64,000 nucleotides of DNA from the IMG/VR virus record IMGVR_UViG_3300001580_000011, positions 1-64,000 of that record. The stretch is one strand, 5' to 3'. The notes under the pieces are model-generated. The model did no database searches. It saw only the letters and a list, made by a program, of their open reading frames with translations, and had not been told where the DNA came from. The position numbers and the translations under genes were made by a program. The DNA comes from a virus (taxonomy: Duplodnaviria > Caudoviricetes). Positions 10,117 to 19,552 of the stretch are shown here, in pieces (positions within the stretch are counted from its first letter, which is position 1; the number at the start of each line of letters is the position of its first letter).

Positions 10117-10823
10117 TGTCAGTATTAAGCGAATGGTTGGCGGTTTTACCAGAAACAATAATTCAAACACAGAACAGTATTGACAATATTGATGTTCAGC
10201 TTGCCGACCTAACGGCAAAACAGGGTGCATTGAATAGTGTGTTGAGTACGATTACTACTGATATGACAGTAACGTTACTGCCCGCTAAGGCTAAACAGTT
10301 ACCAGAATATACACCTTATGTGTATTCGTATGGTGGTTATGGTGCAACGAATGTTTCAGAGTGGGTTGTATACAGTATAATGAACATCTCTGTGACCCGT
10401 GAAGATGATACAAGTTTTTATGCACCATCGGGAACATCTTTATATTTCCCGGGCGGAACAGTTATAACTGTTGATGATGGTGGAGCTGTTTCTGGATGGC
10501 TCGATTTTACTGTTTCATCTTATACACCTTCTGGTGCATCCGGTCTTGTAACGGTTTCGGGTAATGTATTGCCGGGTACTATTGTAAGGGTATTGGAAAA
10601 GACGTATGTTTATGGTGGTATTGGCTGGGACAGCGATGCAACCATTACGGAAAATATAAATGATTTTGTTTTTACTTACGACCATTTGACACAGCCATTG
10701 GGTTTGGGTGGAACATACGGTATAAATGATATGATAACAAAGCTCGGAATTGGTAGAGGTATCTTGGTGATAAATAAAGCTAAGTATACTGGGTCATTGA
10801 CAACATATGATAGGTTCGCATAA
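10116..10823 (+). CDS. Putative baseplate/structural protein
   Basis: Translationally coupled between PAAR and gp25; N-terminal coiled coil. Confidence 0.5.
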   Translation: MSVLSEWLAVLPETIIQTQNSIDNIDVQLADLTAKQGALNSVLSTITTDMTVTLLPAKAKQLPEYTPYVYSYGGYGATNVSEWVVYSIMNISVTREDDTSFYAPSGTSLYFPGGTVITVDDGGAVSGWLDFTVSSYTPSGASGLVTVSGNVLPGTIVRVLEKTYVYGGIGWDSDATITENINDFVFTYDHLTQPLGLGGTYGINDMITKLGIGRGILVINKAKYTGSLTTYDRFA

Positions 10824-11236
10824 TGATAAAAACTAGTAAGATAACATTTACCATCAAGGATGTTTATTCTGATTTTGATGGTGAGATGTCGAGACAATCT
10901 GATGGTGACGTAAAAAGAATTACGGATTATGATTCTGTGAAAGCATCTATTCGAAACATTCTTCAAACATCAAAAGGTAGTCGAAGAATGATGCCAGATT
11001 TTGGTGCCAGTTTGGAAAAGTTTCTTTTTGAACCTATGGATGATAATACAGCCAGAAGAATTGGTGCAACAATTCTTGAGGAACTAACATATTGGGAACC
11101 GAGAATTGTAGTCGAAAATGTAAACATCGAAGCGGATTATGATAACCTTCAATATAATATTTCACTTTCTTTTACCATTGAAGGTGCTGGCACACAAAAT
11201 ATAGAAAGATTGATATTCGTGTTGAGGAGAACATAA
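10823..11236 (+). CDS. Baseplate wedge subunit, gp25-like
   Basis: SIRNILQT.KG.R.M.PDFG..L...LFEP, WEPRI. Confidence 0.9.
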   Translation: MIKTSKITFTIKDVYSDFDGEMSRQSDGDVKRITDYDSVKASIRNILQTSKGSRRMMPDFGASLEKFLFEPMDDNTARRIGATILEELTYWEPRIVVENVNIEADYDNLQYNISLSFTIEGAGTQNIERLIFVLRRT

Positions 11237-11238
11237 AG

Positions 11239-12951
11239 ATGGCAGAAATAATGGTTCCAAAATATTTGGATATAGATTTTGCAAGCTTGAAAGAGAGAAT
11301 AAAAGACCAATTGGCTGATACGGCCACTTTCAGAGACTATAACTTTGAAGGTAGTAACATATCTCTTATTATTGAATTGGTTTCTTATTTGGGTGCACTT
11401 ACAACATATTACTTGAACAAGGTAGCCCAAAATCAATACATTGATACGGCAGACATTTATGAAACAGTCCATATGTTGTCGAGATTGAGAGGATATAACC
11501 CACAAGGTTACAGATCATCTGCAACAGAAGTTACGGTTACGATCAGTACATCTGGTACAGATGTATCACCAGGTGATGAAATCAATATTCCTGCTTGGAA
11601 AACACTTTCCTGTGCGACATTGGTAGATTCGAATGGTGATCCACTTAAATTTGCTACAGTGGCAAGTACAACGATTACTGTTCCTACCTCAGCCACAACA
11701 TCTCATACCTTTACACTACCTGTCCGACAGGGAATTGTAACAACATATAGTTATAAAGGTACTGACTTGATTGAAAACGCTCTTTATCTTCCATTTGAAA
11801 AATTTGATTATGATGATATTGATGAAACAACAACACCGTCTGTTCAAGTGGCTGTTGGAGATGCTATTTGGACAAGGGTATCTGATTTTTATAGTTTACT
11901 TTCCGGTCTGGAAGATTTGGAAACGGTCTATATGTTTCGATTTGATAAGTACCAAAAATATATTATTGATTTTACAGAACAAAGAAGTGTTCCTTTATTA
12001 ACCGATGATATTGTAGTAACTCTTTTGATAACAGAGGGTGTGGATGGTGGGGCGGCCGCCAGTGAAATTACAACACCGGAAACAGAGTTTATGTATAATC
12101 GTACAACACTTGCTTGGGTTGATAACGATACTTTATCTATAGCAAATGCAGATGCTTCAACAGGTGCTTCTGATTTTGAAACGATTGATGAAATCAAGGA
12201 TGCTTCAACTGGTGCACTTCATTCCCAGTATAGAAATGTTACAAAACTTGATTATACTACACATCTGGAATCACGTTCAGATGTTGTTGTTGCCAATGTT
12301 TGGGGAGAACAAGATATTGCACCATCCGGTAGCATTCAAGAATATAACAAGGTTCATATTTCTCTTATTCCTGATGTATGGAGTGACGGCACAATTTCTA
12401 CATATGTTTTGAGTGCAGGTGCAACAGCAGATATTGTAGCCCCCTCAGCATACTTTACTGATTGGACAGAGGAAATATCTACATATCTTGAACCAAGAAA
12501 AATGATCTCTACATACGAGCAGTATGATTTACCAGAGCTTGTTTATTTTTCTTTTGATGTTGGTATTCGTGTAAAGAGGACATATGTGTATACAAATGTT
12601 ATGAATGATGTTCGTAGTAAATTGGATTACTATTTTAGTTCAATAAACAGATCGTTCAATGAAACAATTTCATTCCTCGATATTCAAGAATATATTTTGG
12701 ATTCGACACAAACATCTGTAGACGGTGAGACTTGGGCACAGGTGAAAGGTATTCAGAGTTTGGTTATTCGTGATATTGATGTTTTGACACATACCGTTTA
12801 TGAACCAAATGTAATTGGAAATTATCCGGTGTATGCCACAGATTCGGCTACCTATTCTGAATACGAAAATAAGCTGAGAAAAATTACATTGGGTTTCAAT
12901 CAATTCCCACAGATAGCTATTGATTTTTGCACATTTACTGAGGAAACGTAA
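11239..12951 (+). CDS. Baseplate wedge subunit, gp6-like
   Basis: DF..LK..I....F.DYNFEGS.IS..IEL; RNVT..DY. Confidence 0.9.
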   Translation: MAEIMVPKYLDIDFASLKERIKDQLADTATFRDYNFEGSNISLIIELVSYLGALTTYYLNKVAQNQYIDTADIYETVHMLSRLRGYNPQGYRSSATEVTVTISTSGTDVSPGDEINIPAWKTLSCATLVDSNGDPLKFATVASTTITVPTSATTSHTFTLPVRQGIVTTYSYKGTDLIENALYLPFEKFDYDDIDETTTPSVQVAVGDAIWTRVSDFYSLLSGLEDLETVYMFRFDKYQKYIIDFTEQRSVPLLTDDIVVTLLITEGVDGGAAASEITTPETEFMYNRTTLAWVDNDTLSIANADASTGASDFETIDEIKDASTGALHSQYRNVTKLDYTTHLESRSDVVVANVWGEQDIAPSGSIQEYNKVHISLIPDVWSDGTISTYVLSAGATADIVAPSAYFTDWTEEISTYLEPRKMISTYEQYDLPELVYFSFDVGIRVKRTYVYTNVMNDVRSKLDYYFSSINRSFNETISFLDIQEYILDSTQTSVDGETWAQVKGIQSLVIRDIDVLTHTVYEPNVIGNYPVYATDSATYSEYENKLRKITLGFNQFPQIAIDFCTFTEET

Positions 12952-15137
12952 TGGGAAAATTCTGCGATTCGCCATATTTTATTATCAAGGATTTTGTTGA
13001 AAATATAGACCCATTTGGAACATCTTTTCCAAAAAAGGCTCACTTGAAAGGGCCTTCGTCGGGAATGGTTGCTAAGTATGGTTATGGTGTAGACCTGTTC
13101 ATAAAGGCCGAAACTGGTTATATCAGAATAAAAGGTGTTCCTGTTGGTGGTTATCCAGAAGATAATATTTTCAAGTTTTATATGCCAACGGACAATTACA
13201 GGATATCAGATATTACTTGGACAGAATTGGCAGATTATGCTGGATATGAAGTGTATTTTCGAAAGGATGCACTGTTTCACGATTATGTAGACGAGGAAAC
13301 AACGTGGGAAACAATCATCAATACGAACAGAGTGTTTCTTTATTTTGGAACTGTTGCACCAACATCTGAAAACTATTTCACTATCTGTTATTATGGGATG
13401 AAAGATTTTGTTGTCAATGCATTACCTTCAAATAACAGAACAGATAATATGACAACATTTTTACAGACGAGTTTTGATGAAGTGTATAATGAACCATATT
13501 ACCTCATTCGAAACATTTACACACAGTCTGATCCACACGAAATCAATGAGGATTACCTGTATTATATTTCCAATATGTATGCTTCCCCTATTCTTACGCC
13601 TATTGCATCAGATATACAGAGGAAAAGAGATTATGTCGAGGGACTACCTGCTCTACTTAAAAGAAAAGGAACGTATACTTCTCTTTATATTATTTGGAAA
13701 AATATCGTTGGTGACAATCCAAATCTTATGAACATTTATGAAAGATGGCATCAACCTATGCCACCAAGTGCTGGTGATAACCCATATCCATATTTTGTCG
13801 ATCATCTATATGTTACATATCCAGAATATAATCATACACCACCCACAGGCGGTGCTGGTGTTGGATATTATTGGAGCCCATCTGTAACAGGGACGGGGTA
13901 TCCTACATATGATTATGATACCGGTATGATTTTATCACCACATTATAAGATGGAAATAGACCTTACAAATGCGCCATTTGGGGATGATTATATTATTGAT
14001 AAAATTTTGATGGACAATTTAATTACTGGATGGGAAACTATGAGACCGGTTTCTCGTGTTGTTCATTACCAAAATGTTATATCGCCTTTGGGTAATTTTG
14101 GTATGAGAGCTAAGTCCTTGTATGGAAGCGATTATAAAGCATTTTGTATAACAAGAGGTTTACAACGAGCAGCTTTACCTTACAATACTCAGACCGCTAT
14201 TTTTACGAAATCCGGTCTTAGTGATACTTGGGTTGTAACACATAATTTGAATACAAAACATCCTATCATTCAATTTTTCGATACAGATAACAATCAAATT
14301 ATTCCAAGTACTGTAGAATATCTTACAATGAATAGCGTAAAGGTTACTTGGGCGTTCCCCGCAGAAGGTACTGCCTTTATATGTATGCCTGATAGTACAT
14401 ATACTGAATTAGCCGCTTCTGCATCACAATGGATTGTAGATCATAATTTGAGTAAATATAATATAGTCCAGATTGATGATTTGGCCAGTGAAGTTTTCAT
14501 TCCTTTATCTATTATTGCCACAGATGATGATACAATGACGGTAAATTTCGTTTACAATCAAGCAGGAACATTGGCTATATCAGATGTTGATTATAGGTAC
14601 ACATCTACGGGGGCATCGACAAGTTGGGCGGTAAGACACAATCTTGATGCATTTGGCGTACAGATACAATGTTATGATGAAAACGATAATGTCATTTATC
14701 CAGAAAATGTAAATATTGTATCTTCATCACGGATAGATGTAACATTTTCCGAGGCAGTATCTGGTAATGCAGTTGTTCGAAAAATCGGTTCTCGTGTTGC
14801 CGATATGGATGGTATCGTCAGCAAGATTGATTTCTTGGCTATTGGTGATGAAGGAACTGGTGTTGATCGTACATTCAATCCTGCCGCTTCCGGTAATTCA
14901 TTACAGCACGAAACGATGAGGTTTGATGTTACAATTACATACGATAACGATTATTATTATGTCAAGGCAGACATTCCACAAACATCCAACGATCTTTATA
15001 TTACAGAGATGGGTCTTTTGCACGAAGGTAATGCTCTACCAGATGAATTATTATGGTATACATATAATAGTTCTATTTATAAGGCAGCAAATAGTTACTT
15101 GACAATATTTTATAGATTACAGAAAATAATTACATAA
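12951..15137 (+). CDS. Baseplate wedge/fibre-attachment protein (gp7-like) with W-x-x-x-HNL repeats
   Basis: KRKGT motif typical of gp7/P2 gpI; three HNL repeats; follows gp6. Confidence 0.6.
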   Translation: MGKFCDSPYFIIKDFVENIDPFGTSFPKKAHLKGPSSGMVAKYGYGVDLFIKAETGYIRIKGVPVGGYPEDNIFKFYMPTDNYRISDITWTELADYAGYEVYFRKDALFHDYVDEETTWETIINTNRVFLYFGTVAPTSENYFTICYYGMKDFVVNALPSNNRTDNMTTFLQTSFDEVYNEPYYLIRNIYTQSDPHEINEDYLYYISNMYASPILTPIASDIQRKRDYVEGLPALLKRKGTYTSLYIIWKNIVGDNPNLMNIYERWHQPMPPSAGDNPYPYFVDHLYVTYPEYNHTPPTGGAGVGYYWSPSVTGTGYPTYDYDTGMILSPHYKMEIDLTNAPFGDDYIIDKILMDNLITGWETMRPVSRVVHYQNVISPLGNFGMRAKSLYGSDYKAFCITRGLQRAALPYNTQTAIFTKSGLSDTWVVTHNLNTKHPIIQFFDTDNNQIIPSTVEYLTMNSVKVTWAFPAEGTAFICMPDSTYTELAASASQWIVDHNLSKYNIVQIDDLASEVFIPLSIIATDDDTMTVNFVYNQAGTLAISDVDYRYTSTGASTSWAVRHNLDAFGVQIQCYDENDNVIYPENVNIVSSSRIDVTFSEAVSGNAVVRKIGSRVADMDGIVSKIDFLAIGDEGTGVDRTFNPAASGNSLQHETMRFDVTITYDNDYYYVKADIPQTSNDLYITEMGLLHEGNALPDELLWYTYNSSIYKAANSYLTIFYRLQKIIT

Positions 15138-15147
15138 GAGGTTTATT

Positions 15148-15780
15148 ATGAGAACACATTTCTGGTTTTTTATCCAAAATGAGGAGGGGCAGCCCATAGA
15201 GGATGCTAGTGTATCCGTTTATCTTGCTGCGTCTACAACACCCGCTATGGTTTATTTGGCAGAGAACGGCGGAACTGCTGTTGATACTGTAGCTAATCCT
15301 ATTTCTACAAGAGACGATGGTTATTTTGAATTTTGGGTAGCCGATGCTAATGATGTAAATGGATATACGGGTCAAAAATTTAAGATTACTTGGACAAAGC
15401 CGGGCATCATTGCTGATGGTGTTGTCGATTTTATTGAAATTAGTTTGTCAACTGCTGAGGTTGACGAGACAGATATTGATGAAACAAAAAATAAAACGGT
15501 AAGTAACTATTTGGCAAAAAGTTGGAGCGGAAAAGCGGGTGTTGTTACCAAAAGAATTACTGCAGAAGAATGGATTTTGGATACCGGTAACTATTATGTA
15601 GATATTGATCATTATCTTGAAAATAATTATCCAGTGGTTATGGTTTATGAAATAAAAGATATTGCTGATAATGATGTTAATCTTTCTGTAGAGGCTGTTA
15701 TTGATTGTTCAAAAGGATCATCTACTATCAGAGTGTGGAGAGTAGATGCTACTGAAACACAAATTACGATTATAGGATAA
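15148..15780 (+). CDS. Tail fibre/spike-associated structural protein
   Basis: G.P...A.V.VY.A....A...NP..T..DGYF head domain seen at tail fibre N-termini; one HNL-like repeat. Confidence 0.55.
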   Translation: MRTHFWFFIQNEEGQPIEDASVSVYLAASTTPAMVYLAENGGTAVDTVANPISTRDDGYFEFWVADANDVNGYTGQKFKITWTKPGIIADGVVDFIEISLSTAEVDETDIDETKNKTVSNYLAKSWSGKAGVVTKRITAEEWILDTGNYYVDIDHYLENNYPVVMVYEIKDIADNDVNLSVEAVIDCSKGSSTIRVWRVDATETQITIIG

Positions 15781-15782
15781 GA

Positions 15783-16148
15783 ATGAGGCTTATAAATTAT
15801 TTATCGTACTCTGGGCAAGATACAAAAACCAATATCTTTCGTGCATTGTCAATAAAACTGACAGAGAAAGAAAATATTGGTAATCGCGAGATCGTATCTG
15901 AAATTACAGAGAAGTATAAATTAAATAAAGATATTATAGATGTTGTTACCTCTTTGAATAAGGAATTGAAGAAAGAGTATCGTGGTAAGTTCAAATTTGA
16001 TTTCTGTTTGGAAGGTATTGAAATCGAAAATCTCCGAGCGAAAAATGCCGATAATATCAAGAAAAAATTTTTCGAAGTGAGTAGCCAGTTGGGGAGATTA
16101 CAAATCCACTTGGAGAAAAAACTTCGGGATAAAGAAGATACTCCGTAA
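15783..16148 (+). CDS. Hypothetical protein
   Basis: ORF in operon. Confidence 0.5.
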   Translation: MRLINYLSYSGQDTKTNIFRALSIKLTEKENIGNREIVSEITEKYKLNKDIIDVVTSLNKELKKEYRGKFKFDFCLEGIEIENLRAKNADNIKKKFFEVSSQLGRLQIHLEKKLRDKEDTP

Positions 16149-16161
16149 GTTTCACACCATA

Positions 16162-16190
16162 TTGATTTTCCAAAACATTTCCTGTATAAT
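16162..16190 (+). promoter_or_regulatory. Sigma70-type promoter for gp55 operon
   Basis: TTGATT-N17-TATAAT. Confidence 0.55.
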
Positions 16191-16217
16191 TATAAACAAT
16201 AAGGAGATATAATAATT

Positions 16218-16631
16218 ATGTCCAAACGCGACAAGAACGGTTATTATGTCAAGAACAGTGATTTGTTGGCTGAGATCGTTGAATTTAAAAGAACAAGTAA
16301 GGCTTCTGAAGAATTGGGCAAGATGCTCATGACTATTGCGGAAAATTTTTCTTCGAAAGGCAGTTTTGCTGGATATACCTGGAAAAAAGATATGCAATCT
16401 GAAGCGGTTTTAACTTGTTTAAAATATATAAAAAATTTTGATGAGACGAGATCGACAAACGCTTTTGCATATATTACACAGATTTGTAAAAATGCTTTCT
16501 TGACATATATAAAAGATCAAAATAAGCATAGTGATATTAAAGATATTTGCTATAAACAGTATATACAAATGGTAAATAATAGAATTGATGACTGTGCAAT
16601 TGATTATCAAAAAATTAAAGACGAAATGTAA
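16218..16631 (+). CDS. Late transcription sigma factor, gp55-like
   Basis: YV.N..LL, F.GYTW..DM, NFD...S.NAFAYITQIC.NAF; AAGGAG RBS; upstream of gp47. Confidence 0.9.
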   Translation: MSKRDKNGYYVKNSDLLAEIVEFKRTSKASEELGKMLMTIAENFSSKGSFAGYTWKKDMQSEAVLTCLKYIKNFDETRSTNAFAYITQICKNAFLTYIKDQNKHSDIKDICYKQYIQMVNNRIDDCAIDYQKIKDEM

Positions 16632-16634
16632 TTT

Positions 16635-17627
16635 ATGAAACCAAGTATCCTTGTAAGTGATACACATCTTGGTCTATATAAAAGCTCGGACCTTTATCAT
16701 AATATCACTCTTAATTTGTTCAAAGAAATTGTTGACACCTGTGTAAGACGAAATATAAAACGTATTATACATCTTGGAGATTTTTTTGATAATAGAAGAC
16801 ATATTAATGTAAAGACCCTTTATATTGCTTTTCAAATAGCGGAGCTTCTCAAAAATTTTGAAGTTTTTATCATTATAGGAAATCACGATACTTTTTATCG
16901 TGACAAAATCCTTCCAACATCCCTTAGCGTCTTTGAGGAACACCCAAATATAAAAGTTATTGATAAAGTAACAAAAGTTGATGACGTACTGATGGTTCCG
17001 TGGGGTGTCAATATAACCGATGTTCCCGATGTAGATGTTTTATTTGGCCATTTTGAAATTAATGGATTTCCCGTTGTAAAAGGAATGGACTTTTTCAAGG
17101 CTGAAATCGGTATCAATAATTTTAACAGGTTTGAAAAGGTTTATTCCGGCCATTTTCATATTCCATCCCATCGAAACAATATTACATATCTTGGTGCACC
17201 ATTTCAATCAAATTTTGGTGATGCTGGTAGTGATAGAGGATATTATATTCTCGAAAACAATCAATTGGAATTTATAAAATACAAGAATGCTCCAGAGTTT
17301 GTAATCATCACTACCGACGATAAGGTAAAACCCGATAGAATAAAGGGTAACATAGTAAAATTGGTATATCGAAAAGATTATGGTGGATCGGAAAATAACA
17401 AAATCCTCGAAAATATTCAAATATACAACCCAATTCAATTATTTACGGATTTCGGCAGAATTTCAACACCACAAGTTGACGGGTCTGTTCAAGAAACCGG
17501 TGAATTGATACAGTTAAAAAGTAATCGGGAAATTCTTATGGAATATATTGACAAGGTTTCCATTCCAGACCATATAAAAATAAATACCTTGAAACAATTT
17601 GTTTACGGGTTATTGAAGGAGGATTGA
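16635..17627 (+). CDS. Recombination endonuclease subunit, gp47/Mre11/SbcD-like
   Basis: DTHLG, GDFFD, GNHD, GHFE, SGHFH. Confidence 0.92.
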   Translation: MKPSILVSDTHLGLYKSSDLYHNITLNLFKEIVDTCVRRNIKRIIHLGDFFDNRRHINVKTLYIAFQIAELLKNFEVFIIIGNHDTFYRDKILPTSLSVFEEHPNIKVIDKVTKVDDVLMVPWGVNITDVPDVDVLFGHFEINGFPVVKGMDFFKAEIGINNFNRFEKVYSGHFHIPSHRNNITYLGAPFQSNFGDAGSDRGYYILENNQLEFIKYKNAPEFVIITTDDKVKPDRIKGNIVKLVYRKDYGGSENNKILENIQIYNPIQLFTDFGRISTPQVDGSVQETGELIQLKSNREILMEYIDKVSIPDHIKINTLKQFVYGLLKED

Positions 17628-17628
17628 T

Positions 17629-18126
17629 ATGTTTGATGATATTATAAAGACATTGGAAGAGGATATAGAAGTCTTTGATATATGGAAAGATATGGCACAC
17701 CAGCTTGCCAAAAGTAAGGACTATTATACAGGGCTCTTGGATGAAATCGCAAAATGTTTCGGGGAAGATTCATATATTTCTGATGATGGTAGTGTTCAAG
17801 ATTCTCCATTGAGAGCTAAAATGCCGGAATTGGTATTGAAACTCAAAGAGGAAAAAGATAAATTTGAGAGAAGTATAATAGTATTGGAAGATTTGATAAA
17901 GGTTCAATGTTCACAGGGAAATTGGGACTATGATCCTTATATGCACGGTATGGCAAATGGAATGATCCTTTCATTATCGGTAATGTCTGATGACAAAAAT
18001 CCACAATTTCTCGATGCACCTAAAAAATGGGGATGTGATCGTGTAAAAAGATTTAAGCAAGGAAGATATTGTACGGAGGCGGGGAAAACTAAAGAGGGTA
18101 AAAATGAACAAAAAGAAACCAGATAA
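17629..18126 (+). CDS. Hypothetical protein with N-terminal MFDDII tag
   Basis: ORF with GGAGG RBS. Confidence 0.6.
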   Translation: MFDDIIKTLEEDIEVFDIWKDMAHQLAKSKDYYTGLLDEIAKCFGEDSYISDDGSVQDSPLRAKMPELVLKLKEEKDKFERSIIVLEDLIKVQCSQGNWDYDPYMHGMANGMILSLSVMSDDKNPQFLDAPKKWGCDRVKRFKQGRYCTEAGKTKEGKNEQKETR

Positions 18127-19084
18127 TGTATATCTTGTAACAGGTAGCGCTGGATTTATAGGGTTTCATGTATCCAAAGCCTTGTTGGAGCGGGGTGAAA
18201 CTGTTATCGGTTTTGACAGTTTCAATGACTATTATTCTTCAACATTAAAGTATGCCAGAAACCATTACCTTGTATGTAATTACGATAAATTTACAGGTCT
18301 AGAGGGTAATATAACTAATCTAAAAGATGTAAAGAACTTATTTTGTTTTTACAATCCAAATTATATCTGTCATTTGGCTGCTTATGCCGGCGTTCCTTAT
18401 TCTATGCAGAACCCGTTGATATATGAACATAACAATGGAACCGGTTTTATCCAGTTGATGGAAATGGCCCGTCTATGGCCTATCAAAAATTTTGTATATG
18501 CATCATCCAGTAGTGTTTACGGTGATGTAGAAGATCAGACGGCCATCAAGGAAGAAATGAATACTGAAACACCATTGAGTATTTATTCTGCTACCAAGAA
18601 ATATAATGAGTTACTGGCGCATGTATACAGTAAGTTTTATAAAATTCCAATAACAGGATTGAGATTTTTCACCGTATATGGACCGTGGGGAAGGCCTGAT
18701 ATGTCTATGTATAAATGGGTAAAGGCTCTTTATGATAAACAACCATTGATACTCAACAACTTTGGAAATATGTGGAGAGATTATACTTTTGTAGATGATA
18801 TTGTATCGGGTATTATTGCAGCTCTTGATACTCCACAAGCACTTAAGGTTTATAATCTTGGTCGTGGTGAAGCCGTTAAAATTCTCGATGTGGTCGATAT
18901 ACTACAGGAACATACTGGTATAAAAGGTGAGATTGAAACGAGAGAGTTGCCGGATGGTGAAGTCCTTTATACGATGGCTGACATCACAAAGGCAAAAGAG
19001 GAATTGGGATATGAACCCAAAACAAATGTTTACGAAGGAACAAAGAAATTTGTAGAATGGTATCGTCAATTTTATTTAAAATAG
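18104..19084 (+). CDS. NAD-dependent NDP-sugar epimerase (UDP-glucuronate 4-epimerase-like)
   Basis: TGSAGFIG, ASSSSVYG, YSATK, RFFTVYGPWGRPDM, RDYT. Confidence 0.92.
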   Translation: MNKKKPDNVYLVTGSAGFIGFHVSKALLERGETVIGFDSFNDYYSSTLKYARNHYLVCNYDKFTGLEGNITNLKDVKNLFCFYNPNYICHLAAYAGVPYSMQNPLIYEHNNGTGFIQLMEMARLWPIKNFVYASSSSVYGDVEDQTAIKEEMNTETPLSIYSATKKYNELLAHVYSKFYKIPITGLRFFTVYGPWGRPDMSMYKWVKALYDKQPLILNNFGNMWRDYTFVDDIVSGIIAALDTPQALKVYNLGRGEAVKILDVVDILQEHTGIKGEIETRELPDGEVLYTMADITKAKEELGYEPKTNVYEGTKKFVEWYRQFYLK

Positions 19085-19091
19085 GTGAATT

Positions 19092-19268
19092 ATGGATATC
19101 GTATTTATTGTAACTTGGAAAGATGGTACAACAGAAGAGTTTATTGTTAAGGACGGATATATTCCAAATATTATTTCCACAATGATTGACATATGTAGAA
19201 ATTACAGATTTGAAAAAATCGAAATTGTAAAAAGATTAAAGGGAATTGGTGAAGAAACAAATGGCTAA
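19092..19268 (+). CDS. Small hypothetical protein (58 aa)
   Basis: AGGTGA RBS; fills gap; translated by eye MDIVFIVTWKDG... Confidence 0.5.
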   Translation: MDIVFIVTWKDGTTEEFIVKDGYIPNIISTMIDICRNYRFEKIEIVKRLKGIGEETNG

Positions 19269-19548
19269 TAATGTCAAAAATTTTGAAGAATATGGAATAA
19301 GTATAGGAAAAATATTAAATGAGAAAAATGCTGCTTACGGTAATTCATTTGAAAAAGCCGGGGGTGTGCTTAAAATTCTGTATCCCGACGGCATTAAACC
19401 GGAACAATATGATGATATGCTTGCTATTGTAAGAATATTGGATAAGTTGTTTAGGATTGCGACACAACCGGATGCTTATGGTGAAAATCCATGGCAAGAT
19501 TTGGCAGGGTATTCTATTTTAGGCTGGGCAATAAAAGAAGAAAAATAA
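19261..19548 (+). CDS. Nucleotide-modification-associated domain 1 (DUF1599-like) protein
   Basis: KNAAYGNSF, RILDKLFRI, E.PW.DLAGYSIL. Confidence 0.7.
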   Translation: MANNVKNFEEYGISIGKILNEKNAAYGNSFEKAGGVLKILYPDGIKPEQYDDMLAIVRILDKLFRIATQPDAYGENPWQDLAGYSILGWAIKEEK

Positions 19549-19552
19549 AATA

